A stretch of DNA of 64,000 nt from Octopus bimaculoides (Eukaryota): contig NC_068981.1 in assembly GCF_001194135.2 (NCBI RefSeq), forward strand, positions 58,538,377 to 58,602,376, read 5' to 3'. Made by a program: the position numbers and the translations under genes. The stretch's first letter is position 1. The number at the start of each line of letters is the position of its first letter. Below the pieces are notes generated by a model that did not search any database, was not told where the DNA came from, and saw only the letters and a list, made by a program, of their open reading frames with translations. This document shows positions 37,347 to 49,486 of this stretch, piece after piece.

Positions 37347-37370
37347 AGAGATGGATAAGTCAGATAAGTC

Positions 37371-38640
37371 AACCTCTTTTCGGCCAATAATGAAGGACTT
37401 CAACCAGTTATAGAGATCATCTCTTACACCCATTGCAGAGAGTTTCACCATAAGTCTTTTGTGTGGCATAGAATTAAAAGCCTTAGCAAAGTCCAGGTAA
37501 ACAACATCCACCCAGGAGCCGCCATCAGTGATTCGGGTAATGTCCTCAAGAAACTCGATGAGTTGATTACAGCAGCTGGAGTGAGGAATAAATCCAAACT
37601 GTGACGGCTGGATGAGGCTGTGAGACTTCCAGAAGTTCCAGAGGGTTTCTCTGACACAGGAAACCATCAGTTTGGCGATGCAACTAGTAAGACTGACGGG
37701 GCGATAGTTGACAGGTGATGTGCGGTCACCTTTTTTGAACAGAGGGATAACACTGGCAGTTTTCCACTGCTCTGGAGTAACACCATTGTCAAGACAGAAT
37801 TGAAAGAATAGTGAAAGTTGGTTCAGAAGAAAGTACCCACCACGTTTGAGAAGTAGGTATGTAACACCATTGAGACCAGGAGAGGCATAGTTACGTTTAT
37901 TCTTAAGGTGGCATTGTAGCATTGCTGGTGTAAATTTCATAGTAGTTATAGAGTCCGGTGTCAGAGGTGATGAGATGGAACATTTTGATTTTCGACAGTA
38001 AAGATGCCTGCATAGCATCCAGCAATAATTTCTACACATTCTTTGGGATTGTCAGTAATCTGGCCTGTGTGGGGATTGCGAAGGGGACCAACTGAAAAGT
38101 GAGGTCTCTGCTTTGAATGTACATACTTCCAGAATACTTTGCTGTCAGGGTTGGTTACTATGCGCTGTTCGAATTCAAGCACTGCCTTTTTTGTCACCTG
38201 CTTGAGATGGTTGGATGATCTATTGCACTTTTTCCTGTTGATCTCTGATTTATGCATTTTATATTCATGTTCAGCATTATGGTGTTCTTTCCTGGCAAGT
38301 CGGACTGCTGCAGTCTCCCAAATTGCACTATTGTGTGTTTTTTTTGTGCTTGTGTGGTACCGATGCTGCACATGCCATCCATATTGAATTCAGAATGTTC
38401 TGAAGTATAGTGTTCACATCTACATAGACATAAAATTCGAGCCAGTTTGGTCATCGCAGCTTGGTACAATACGAGTTCCAGTCTGCTTTATTCCAGTCAA
38501 AGTGGGCAGTTTGAAGATGGCTGTGGTTTTTGTTACAACCAATCAGAGATAAGTCAGCCATGATCATGGAATGATCAGATCACCTAAAGGTCCTTCAGTA
38601 GTGACACTAATAATTGTTTCAGGAGAAGTGGTAAATAGCA
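37371..38640 (-). mobile_element. CR1-clade LINE (linker and RT N-terminal half), 3'-truncated
   Basis: SKVFWKYV, SPGLNGV, WKTASVIPLFKKGDR, NYRPVSLTS, VYLDFAKAFNSMPH. Confidence 0.93.
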
Positions 38641-41199
38641 GTGTTGTTACACCTTGTGGGGGAGGTAACAACTTGGGACCATATGTGTGTGTGTGTGTGT
38701 CTATGTTTGTACCCCCACCATTGCTTGACAACCGATGTTGTTGTGTTTACATCCCTGAGACTTAGCTGTTTGGCAAAACAGTCTGATAGAATAAGTACTA
38801 GGCTTACAAAGAATAAATCCTGGGGTCGGTTTCTTTAACTAAAGGTGGTGCTCCAGCATGGCTGCAGTCACATGACCAAAACAAGCAAAACAATAAAAAA
38901 ACTATGCCATTTTAATCCCAAGCAATGCTGGGTATCTCTGCTAGTATTCATCATAAATATTGTTTCTGGTATAAATTAATATTAAGAAATATAACCGGTA
39001 CTTGGCACACTGGAAAAAAAAAAAACTACCAGCTTGCCACATGAGAGAGCTAAGAAGCACTGGTATAGCAGAACTGAGGGTGCTAGAGTGTGGGATAGAA
39101 GAATTGTATGAGAGAAGAATGGTAGGATGAAGAAAAAGGAGGTTTAAGGCCACGTCTGTTCACCTGCACATTCAAGTAGGGCCAATCACATATGCACATG
39201 CTCACATCAGTATATATGCACAGTAAAGAGTAAAGGGGAAACAAAATGGCTCCAAGACATTATAGCACCAATAATAAGAACAATATCTCTGATAACAATA
39301 ACAATATAAACAACCTGTAGCATCTGTCATCATTAGAAAGCCAGATAAAAGTTGCATTGACATCTATATAATATCTGGGTCAAAGTATATATATTCTGGT
39401 AGATACTGACGTGAGTTAGTATATTCATAGACAGATTCAAATGAAAGACCATAGCTGGTCGTTCATCATATGTGCCACTGCATGCACACAATATTCATTA
39501 ATGAATTGAACAGGTACAAGTATAATAGAATACAAATAAAAACAGGCAAACAACTGGTATCAGGTTAGATTATAACATTTATATATTTAAACATGAGGGT
39601 TGAGTTTTTACAAGAGTATAAATCATAGTGAAGGTGCATGGCTCACTGGTTAGAGCATTGAGCTTATGATCATGAGGTTGTGAGTTCAATTCCTGAACCA
39701 GGCTGCATGTTGTGTTCTTGAACAAGACACTTTATTTCATGTTGCTCCAGTTCACTCAGCTGTAGAAATGAGTTGCGACGTCACTGGTGCCAAGCTGTAT
39801 CAGCCTTTGCCTTTCCCTTGGATAACATCTGTGGTGGGGAGACTGGTATTCATGGACAACTGCTGGTCTTCCATAAAAACAACCCTGGGTTGTGCATTCG
39901 CCAGTGAGGTGACTTTCCACCCAGACTTGTACCATGGAGGGCAACCTCTTAGGTGCCTCCATGTTGTAGTGCACCTGAGCACTGTATACAATAATTTCAT
40001 TATATTATATCATTCGTGACCATTTGAACATGATCGTTACCAGCGTCGCCTTACTGGCACTTGTACCAGTGGCATGTGAACAAAACATTTGAGCGAGGTC
40101 GTTGCNNNNNNNNNNAATTTCATTATATTATATCATTCGTGACCATTTGAACATGATCGTTACCAGCGTCGCCTTACTGGCACTTGTACCAGTGGCATGT
40201 GAACAAAACATTTGAGCGAGGTCGTTGCCAGCATCGCTGGACTGACTCCTGTGCAGGTGGCACGTAAAAACACCATTTGAGCATGGCCATTGCCAGTACC
40301 GCCAGACTGGCCCTCGTGCCGGTGGCACATAAAAGCACCCACTACACTCTCGGAGTGGTTGGCATTAGGAAGGGCATCCAGCTGTAGAAACTTTGCCAAA
40401 TCAGATTGGAGCCTGGTGCAGCCATCTGGTTCGCCAGTCCTTAGTCAAATTGTCCAACCCATGCTAGCATGGAAAGCGGACGTTAAACGATGATGATGGT
40501 GATGATGATGATGATGATGATGAAGGAAAAAGAAAGTAATACTTTTATTCTGTTATATTTGTACTTGCTCAATTGACAAACTGCCAATAACCAATTATCT
40601 TTAGGCAGCTATAACATCCCTGCTTTCAGTTGCAGTTCAAGTTAGAGTTCTAGGCAGCAAGTCAACCTGAAAATTAATTGTATATACCTATTACTTAATG
40701 TCATCACATATAATACTGCCTGAATTCTATATTCATTTATGTATGCACACTTACAGAAGCTCATATTTATGTACCCTCACACACATAGCTGCACACATAT
40801 ATGTATATGTTGATAATCACTCACAAAGTCATGTTATGACTGCACAGACCATCATGTTATGTATGCCACCAGCCACCTCCTGATGCTGTGAAACATACAT
40901 ACATACATACACACACGCATGCAGACGTGCACATGCACACGCGTGCACGTACACACGCACACACACACACCTGTAAGACTTCAATGTGATTGTGTATATT
41001 TGCAAACTACCACATATATAATAATAAATCATCCAAGTCAATAAATAAGTCAATAAGACACTGCATGTTACCAAATGTACTCATCCATTGTTATATGTCA
41101 TCTACAGTGTGTTCACATAGGAGGTGTAGTTTCACATGTGTCAAATATCATTGCTCCTAGGAAGAGTCAATATCCAAGTTGACTATTCCAACTTGTTTG

Positions 41200-41935
41200 T
41201 GTACTAGATGATGCACTTTTAGGTGCTATAGTGCTCAGTTATGATAGTGGTATTATCCAATATTCCTCTAATAGATGCTTGACACATAGCAAAGAACAAT
41301 GTGGACAGAATTGGTGTTGGTGTATCCCCTTGCTTAAAACCATTTTCAACCAAAGCTGGTTCAGAGAGCTTACCATTCATGTTGACACCTACTTTCATTC
41401 CATCATGAAAACATCTTAGCACTGAGACAAACATGTCAGGGCACCCAAATTTCCTCAAAATGTTTCATAAAGTATTTCTCTTCACAGTACCAAAGGCCTT
41501 AGTCAACATCCTCAACGTATTTTACTGGAAATTGCCTAAAAGAAAAGATCATATCCATTGTCCCTCAGCCATTTCTGAAACCACACTGAGACTCAGTGAA
41601 GAAATCATTAGCCATGTTGTAGAGAAATCTGTTTGACATGATCCTACAAAATACCTTACCTTCAATAGAGAGAACAGAGATATTCCACAGTAATTCCTAC
41701 AGTCATCCTTCCTACCTTTCTCTTTATAGAAAACCACCATCAGCACATCATTCAAATCATTTGGGACACTATCTTCAATTGATACTTTCTGCAGTAAATT
41801 AGATGTCAAGGCAGTTTTTTCACTTTCACATTTCAAGATTTCAGTGCAGAGGCCATCCATTCTAAGCAACTTACCACTTTTTATTTTTCTTACATTTGTA
41901 ACTTCTTCAAGGGAAGGAGTTTCTGCTTTTGTATT
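41200..41935 (-). mobile_element. RTE-BovB-like LINE RT fragment
   Basis: TPSLEEV, KGRKDDCRNYCGISL, KFGCPDMFVSVLRCFHDGM, GFKQGD. Confidence 0.85.
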
Positions 41936-41988
41936 TTTTTGTGGGCACACAGGGAATCAAACTATCATGCATGCATGCATCCATCTAT

Positions 41989-42312
41989 CCTGATGCAGTG
42001 CAAGGCCTTGAAGCAGTTCAAGGCCCTGATGCAGTGCTAGGCCATGATGCAATTCAGGGCCCTGCTGCAGTTCAGGGCTCTGATGCAGTTCAGGACCTGA
42101 TGCAGTTGGAGGCCCTGATGCAGTTGAAGGCTCTGATGCAGTTGGAGGCCCTGATGCATTTCAAGGCCTTGATGCAGTTCAGGGCCTGATACAGTACCAG
42201 GGCCTTGAATTGCATCAGGGCTTTGAACTGCATTAGGGTCCTGAACTGCATCAAGGCTTCAAACTGCATCACAGCGCTGAACTGCATCATGGCTTCAAAC
42301 TGCATCAGGGCC
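41989..42312. repeat. 18-bp minisatellite (GGCCCTGATGCAGTTCAA-like) with an internal orientation switch
   Basis: About 11-12 forward units to about 42197, then about 6 reverse-complement units. Confidence 0.92.
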
Positions 42313-42329
42313 CCATCCAGTCACCCACA

Positions 42330-42640
42330 CATGGTGATAGCTCCATCTTCACAGATGATTGCTGTCTCCTTGAGCTTCCTCATTCTCACTGACTTTCCAC
42401 CCATAACCTCTCAGATGACTATTCAGGCCCATTGCAGGTCTATGTGTTTTGAAGCACAGATGACTGACCAAAGTTGCAACTTATTGTGTGCTTCCAATTG
42501 GTTAGATCTGCATATGTCACCACTCTTCCATCACCATAGGACTTTATTATATGGAATGACAAATGAGGTCACCATAAAGGTCATCATAAATGCTTGTGCA
42601 ATATGAGTTCCACTCTTTGAGTTTCCATGATTAGTACCTG
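42330..42640 (-). mobile_element. Possible RTE-BovB-like 3' end remnant
   Basis: Minus-strand CFKTHRPAMGLNSHLR resembles the C-terminal IGLxSHxR motif. Confidence 0.35.
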
Positions 42641-43304
42641 GTTACAGGCTGAAGTGAGAGACCAGTGAAACCGCAAGTGTTCCTCTATTAGAAGGATAAT
42701 GTGACAACAGCAAAGTATCTCTCACTCCCAGTAGTTTTAGGGCACATCCAGGCACCAACCAAGAGTATTTCTGTGTCCCTCTGCTCAGATGGATTGTCGT
42801 TACACATGCTAGTTAACCCATTGCTGAGGCCCTGGTGTTATTGATCCAGGTCAGAGAAGACCAGGAATAGTAGGAGCTAAGAGGTGGTTCCATACTCCTC
42901 AAAACCCTGAAACTCTCAAACCAGAGCCCACTGTTGGATTCAGTTTAAATTCATTTCCAGGATGCACACGTGCATGCACACATGAGTAGGCATGTGTATC
43001 TGTATATGCATAAAGTTGTGCATATATGTATGAGACATCAAGCAACTAGATAACTTGGACTTCTTACCACAAAAAGAACCAGGAGGAAACAGATAAACGA
43101 TAATGCAATCTATTTTTAAATAATTCTGAATATTTTACTGTCAATGAAGAAGCATTTTGCTCACATCAAAGAATTTTTATTCTTTGAATTACTTGCTGTG
43201 AAGAAGGTTGAAGTGTTTGTCCATACATTCTCTGTGCAACATATTGACATTTTGTAGCACAAATACCCTAATGTATTTGCTTATAAATCCCTGGTAAAGT
43301 GGTT

Positions 43305-44595
43305 CATCATCATCATCGTTTAATGTCCGTTTTTCATGCTGGCATGGGCTGGATGGTTTGACTGAGGTCTGGAGAGCCAGTGGCTGCACCAGGCTCTAAT
43401 CTGATCTGACAATATTTCTGCAGCTGGATGCCCTTCCTAATCCAACCACTCCGAGAGTATAGAGGGTTCTTTTTACATGCCACCGGCACAGGAGCCAGTC
43501 AGGCAGGCCTGGCATCAATCATGTTCGGATAATGCTTTTTACGTGCCACCAGCATGAGAGCCAGTCAGGGGGTACTGGCATTGGCCATGTTCAGATGGTG
43601 CTTTTTATGTGCTACTGGCATGGGAGCCAATTAGGCAGCCCTGGCATCGATCACGTTTGGATAGTGCTTTTTATGTGTCACCAGCTCAGGAGCCAGTCAG
43701 TGGGTACTGGCATCACCCACATTCAAATGGTGCTTTTTACATGCCACCAGCACGAGAACCAGCCAGGGGACACTAGCATCAACCATGTTCAGATGATGCA
43801 TTTTACGTTCTAACAGATCAGGAGCCAGTCAGGGTGCACTGCCCACAGCTACGATTTTGGTTTTACTTGACTCAACAGGTCTTTTCAAACATATCATATC
43901 ACCTGACACATTAAGGGTACTCTTAAATGGCTGCAATTTCACTTTAGATGCTGGATCTTCTCAGCATATCTCCACAAGTCTCAGTCTCCTGTCATGGCCT
44001 CTGTGAGGTCCAATGTTTGAAGGTCAAGCTTCACCACCATATCCCATGTTTTTCTGAGTCTACTTCTTCCACAGGTTCTTTCCACAGTTAGGGAGTAGCA
44101 ATTCCTCACACAGCTGTCCTCATCCATATGTAACACATAACCATACCAGCACAGTCTTCTCTCCTGCACACCACATTTGATGCTTCTTATGCCCAACTTT
44201 TCTCTCAGGGTGCTCACACTCTGTCGTGTATGCATACTGACATTACACATCCAGTGAATCATACTAGCTTCATTTCTTTCAAGCCTACACATGACCTCAG
44301 CAGTCATAGCCCATGTTTCACTGGTGTGTAGCATGGCAGTTCGCACACATGCATCAAACAGTCTACATTTCATCTTGAGCGATAGGTTCTTAGTTGCCAG
44401 CAGAAGTAGGAGCTCCTGGAACTTTACCCAGGCTATTCTTATTCTGGTCGCTACACTCCCAGAACAACCATCTTCCACTACAGACTTGGTCATCTAGGTA
44501 GCAGAAGCTATCAACTACTTATAGTTTTTCCTCTGGCATGTGATAGAATCTGTTTTCTGTACATCTTCAGTGTTTATTGCCTCTGTGCATCTGCC
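43305..44595 (-). mobile_element. RTE LINE 3' portion, diverged subfamily with an expanded 3' UTR tandem array
   Basis: ORF 43981..44493 (WVKFQELLLLL, RLCWYGYV, GRSRLRKTW); (CAT)n tail at 43305; about six units of roughly 62 bp at 43455-43840. Confidence 0.9.
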
Positions 44596-45705
44596 ACAGA
44601 TATATTACATTGACAATAATTTTAAAACAGTGCAAGTAAAATAATTCTAGTTCATAAAGCAAGTTTCTTGTCTCTTATGTCTGAAACTGTTAGTCTAATT
44701 CAACTTTTATTGACCATCTCTGTAATTTCAGTTGCAAACTAAAGAAGCTTCCCAATCTTGAGCAGAATTTGTATGATGCATGATGGCTCAAGAATGAGTG
44801 TCTTCACTGGCTCTTATATCCATCAAGAAACAGATACTTGTCCATTTAGCACAACACAAAGAATTATACCATAAGTATTGAAGACCGAGAACAAAGTATT
44901 GAAAGCCAATCTCAAGACACTGAGCCTTACAAATGAGATGACAGGGGACCAAGATATCTGGTGCTTTGCTGTATTCAAGAAGACCTGTCTGCCACAGCAG
45001 AAGTGATACTGGTGCTGGTGACATAATAAGCACCCAGTACACACAGTAGAGTGGTTAGCATCCAGCCATAGAAACCATGCCACAATAGATTGGTGTGGCC
45101 TTACCAGCTCCAGTCAAACCATCCAACCCATGCCAGCATGGACAACGGACATTAAATGATGATGATGATGATCTTACAAGAATTTGCAAAAAAACTCAAA
45201 GTACTCAGAATTTATGTTTAAAAAAGTAAGTGTGTATTTCTCCAAAAAAAATGAACATATTTTAACTTTTTCATTTTATAGGGTAGTGTCTATTCTATAC
45301 AAATGCTTTGCTGAATTTGCTATATGAAAGCCTTTAAAATGATATTACAATAGAAATTCATGGAGAATAAAAGATAAAATATTGTCTTTTTTATTTGTTC
45401 TTATCCCACAAAACAATTAAAGCTATTGCAGCTCACCATAGTTTTGTTTGTTAAATAAATGCAAATAAAATTTAGGCCATGTAAGATAATCAACCTGTTC
45501 AAAATATCTTAATCAACTGTTGAAAATCATTCACACAAATTGTTTTCTGTTTAAGTAAAATGTAAGACAGTAGGTTAAATAAATGGGTCAGCTGATTTTC
45601 CAGCCCCACTACAACCCAGGATGTCTGCCTAATTTTGAAGAAGTGATTTGAAAAAAGTGATAATGTAAAGGGAAATAATTATGTCAGTCTTCATACAATA
45701 GCCAG

Positions 45706-46165
45706 TACAGTAATGCCTCGACTATCGCGGTTATTACGTTTCAAACCTCCTACCACCATCGCAATAGGTGAAAATCCGCGAAGTAGAAACAGTACTATAC
45801 TGTACATATTTTTTTATTTTTTTATAATTTGTATATATTTATTTTATTATAAATGCACAACACCACACACTTCCATACAGCATATGCGATTCTTTGTTTA
45901 CTCATCTACGGTATACTATATATTTTCTTTTAATATGTTTTAATTAATGTGTTATACAGTGAAGTACTGTACTGTATTTTTATTTATTAATTTTTAGACG
46001 CGAAAATGCTGATTTTACCACAGAAATAATTAAAATCTAAAACAATATAAAAATGCCTATCAGCTTCAGAAACGCGCAATATAAATATATATATATTAGC
46101 CGGAAAAATCCACGATGTACTCAGGGCACAATAGGTGAACCACGATATGGCGAGTGATTACTGTA
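45706..46165. mobile_element. Tigger/pogo-like MITE
   Basis: TA-CAGTAATGCCTCGACTATCGCGG ... CCACGATATGGCGAGTGATTACTG-TA: about 25-bp imperfect TIRs with a TA target duplication. Confidence 0.85.
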
Positions 46166-47527
46166 GTCGAGTAACATGCAGTCAAAGAGAGATGTTTCAA
46201 CTGTAGTTACATTGGATCATCATCATCATCATCATCGTTTAACGTCCGCTTTCCATGCTAGCATGGGTTGGATGATTTGACTGAGGACTGGTGAAACCGG
46301 ATGGCAACACCAGGCTCCAATCTAATTTGGCAGAGTTTCTACAGCTGGATGCCCTTCCTAACGCCAACCACTCAGAGAGTGTAGTGGGTGCTTTTACGTG
46401 TCACCCGTACGAAGGCCAGTCAGGCGGTACTGGCAACGGCCACNNNNNNNNNNNNNNNNNNNNNNNNNNNNNNNNNNNNNNNNNNNNNNNNNNNNNNNNN
46501 NNNNNNNNNNNNNNNNNNNNNNNNNNNNNNNNNNNNNNNNNNNNNNNNNNNNNNNNNNNNNNNNNNNNNNNNNNNNNNNNNNNNNNNNNNNNNNNNNNNN
46601 NNNNNNNNNNNNNNNNNNNNNNNNNNNNNNNNNNNNNNNNNNNNNNNNNNNNNNNNNNNNNNNNNNNNNNNNNNNNNNNNNNNNNNNNNNNNNNNNNNNN
46701 NNNNNNNNNNNNNNNNNNNNNNNNNNNNNNNNNNNNNNNNNNNNNNNNNNNNNNNNNNNNNNNNNNNNNNNNNNNNNNNNNNNNNNNNNNNNNNNNNNNN
46801 NNNNNNNNNNNNNNNNNNNNNNNNNNNNNNNNNNNNNNNNNNNNNNNNNNNNNNNNNNNNNNNNNNNNNNNNNNNNNNNNNNNNNNNNNNNNNNNNNNNN
46901 NNNNNNNNNNNNNNNNNNNNNNNNNNNNNNNNNNNNNNNNNNNNNNNNNNNNNNNNNNNNNNNNNNNNNNNNNNNNNNNNNNNNNNNNNNNNNNNNNNNN
47001 NNNNNNNNNNNNNNNNNNNNNNNNNNNNNNNNNNNNNNNNNNNNNNNNNNNNGCTCGAAGAAATTTCATGTGTCACCAGCACAAGAGCCAGTCCAGGGGC
47101 ACTGGCAACGATCTCGCTCGAAAAACCTCATGTGTCGCCTGCACAAGAGCCAGCCCAGAAATTCTCCCATTAAAGATAATACCCTAAATTGTACAAATTC
47201 TAAATTTTGTTCAACACTTGTGCTAGAGTTGCCTCTAGTATTTATAATAAGAGTAAAGACTCTTTTCAGTTTTGAATGACTGTGAGGTTGCACTTAGAAA
47301 GTTACCCTCCGAGGCATAAGTCTAGCAAAATTTGTTTATGGAAGACTAGCAGTCATCCATGTTAGCTAGAGGAAGCCTGGTACAGCTTGGCACCAGTGAT
47401 GTTGCAACTCATTTCAACAGCTGAAGTAAGTGTCTTGCTCTAGAACATAACACACAACCTGGTCTAGGAATCAAACTCACTACCTCATGATTATGAGCCC
47501 AACACTCTAACCAGTGAGCCATATGCC

Positions 47528-47609
<82 letters not shown>
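47528..47609. repeat. (CA)n(TA)n microsatellite
   Basis: Read directly from the sequence. Confidence 0.95.
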
Positions 47610-47612
<3 letters not shown>

Positions 47613-48633
47613 TCAGGGACAAACTCAACCGTTAGATACATAAAGAGAGTAAATTTATTAACATAGTGAAACTGTAGTGCGTGCATGCAGCATCATATAT
47701 AAATAACACAGTAGATAAGTCAGGCCTTCGTGTACAAGAGTATGTATACAACAATATGAAATGACGGACAGTCGTATAAACAATAGTGTATGCGGCATAT
47801 ATAATTAACACAGTAGATAAGTCAGGCTTTCATGTACAAGAGTATGTATACAACAAATATGAAATGACGGACTGTCATATAAGCAATAGTGTATGTACAA
47901 TATGTGAGAGTACAAATGTGTGTGTGAGTGAGAGGAACACAGAACATAGAAAGAGTGTCTGTAACATAGACTGTAAAAAGTCTTCAAACACTGAGATAGA
48001 GAAAACCAGTTCGTATAAGAGTTACACAAGATATAGAATGTTCATACGCAGGAAGTTGTGGCCAGAAAGCAGAGCTGTGGTATCACAATATGTGTTGAGT
48101 ATCGATGCTGTGACCGGTTACCTGATACGGAATATTCTCGCAGGTTAGTTCTGACTGTTGTTCGTGGTGGAAATAATCCACTCAAACAGTGTCGATATAA
48201 AACCAAGTTTGTTGATATTGGTGTGTACTCTGGTGGTGGGGTTGCTGGCAACGACATTGTGGTAGTCAGTACATAGGTGGTGAAGATGTCATCATTGTAA
48301 ACTGCCTGAAGCTGTGTTCTGTATGTGTGTGTGGTCAGCAACCAGACCTGTGAGAGATCTGAAATCGAAGACGACTGGCGTCGTTGGAGCGGGCTTATTT
48401 ATAGATGAAATAGGGCTCACCGGAAACCCACAAAAACTCTCTCTCACATGACCTTATTAGAAGGCCACTATTGGACGGTATCCACCCTGGCGCGAAGCAG
48501 AACTGGGGACAATTGCCGTGCAAATGAGAACCAATCAGGGTGGTGGACAGAAGGGTCCAAGGCAGCCGAAGGCTAGATGTTAGCCGCTTCATTATCATTT
48601 ATGATTGAATGCCCGAGAGAGAGGTTTCACAAC

Positions 48634-48634
<1 letters not shown>
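47606..48634 (-). mobile_element. About 1.03-kb LTR-like element (solo LTR?) inserted in a (TA)n tract
   Basis: Minus strand starts TGTTG and ends CTATA (CTACA-like); CCAAT boxes at 48531 and 48470, TATAAATAA at 48403-48395, AATAAA at 47659-47654; CpG-rich. Confidence 0.6.
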
Positions 48635-48668
<34 letters not shown>

Positions 48669-49486
48669 CACACACACACACACACACATACACGCACATA
48701 CAGCATTTGCAGAGACATACATACATACATACATACATATATACATACATACAGAAATACCCTGTTGTTTTTGTTGAAATTCCAATGAAGGAGCCTTGGA
48801 TCTAGGTTAAAAGCTGGTTCTTTCTCTATTGACAAGAAATCTTTAAATAAACTGAATAATGACATACATACATATATACATACATACATGTACATTCAAA
48901 TATACACACACATTAAATACCTGCATTGACTCATATGCACACACATATCACCAGTAATCTTATACTTACATATGCACATTTATATATGTGCATTGATGAT
49001 AATATGACTTTTATGATTTACCAGAATGTGATATTTGCTTGTTGTTAGGAAGTGTATATTTAATTGTTTAAAGAAATATTTGGAATGGTAGATTCAAGCA
49101 GATTTTGTTTCTGTTTCTGTTCCTTTTTTTTTTTTTCCTCTTTTCCAGTGGGATTTGTCATTGTCTTCCAGATGTATTTGACTTTTTCACAGTATCCACC
49201 AGCAGCACAAGTATCATGTTAGAAATATCATTGAATACACTCATTACAAGAAAGAACTGAGAGTCCCAGTGCAACATTGTTCTCTAAATTACTAATTTAG
49301 TGACTTGAGGAACTAGTTATATATTATAGTCATTCAGTGGGTTTCATAAATGATTTGTGTGTGGAGTATTATAGGTTCAAGGTTACATGAAAAAAATTGA
49401 CTGCTTCAAGATGTGTTTCAAGTGTGAGTGAGTGTTTGTGTGGATGTGTGTGTGTGAGCATGATTATAATGATATATATATTATAT

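Noticed and set aside
39992-40229. Duplication of about 114 bp around a 10-N gap
   Set aside because: Same contig-overlap artefact.
43455-43840. CRISPR-like appearance of spaced repeats (also 41989-42312)
   Set aside because: Whole units are homologous with no unique spacers, there are no cas genes, and the context is eukaryotic.
48770-48870. Possible third hammerhead-like repeat (CCAATGAAGG...AAAAGCTGGTTC)
   Set aside because: Neither core motif is intact and there is only one copy in the window.
49120-49260. Strong plus-strand polypyrimidine tract and CAG suggesting an exon of a second gene
   Set aside because: The frames close quickly, with no recognisable protein, convincing donor or partner exons.
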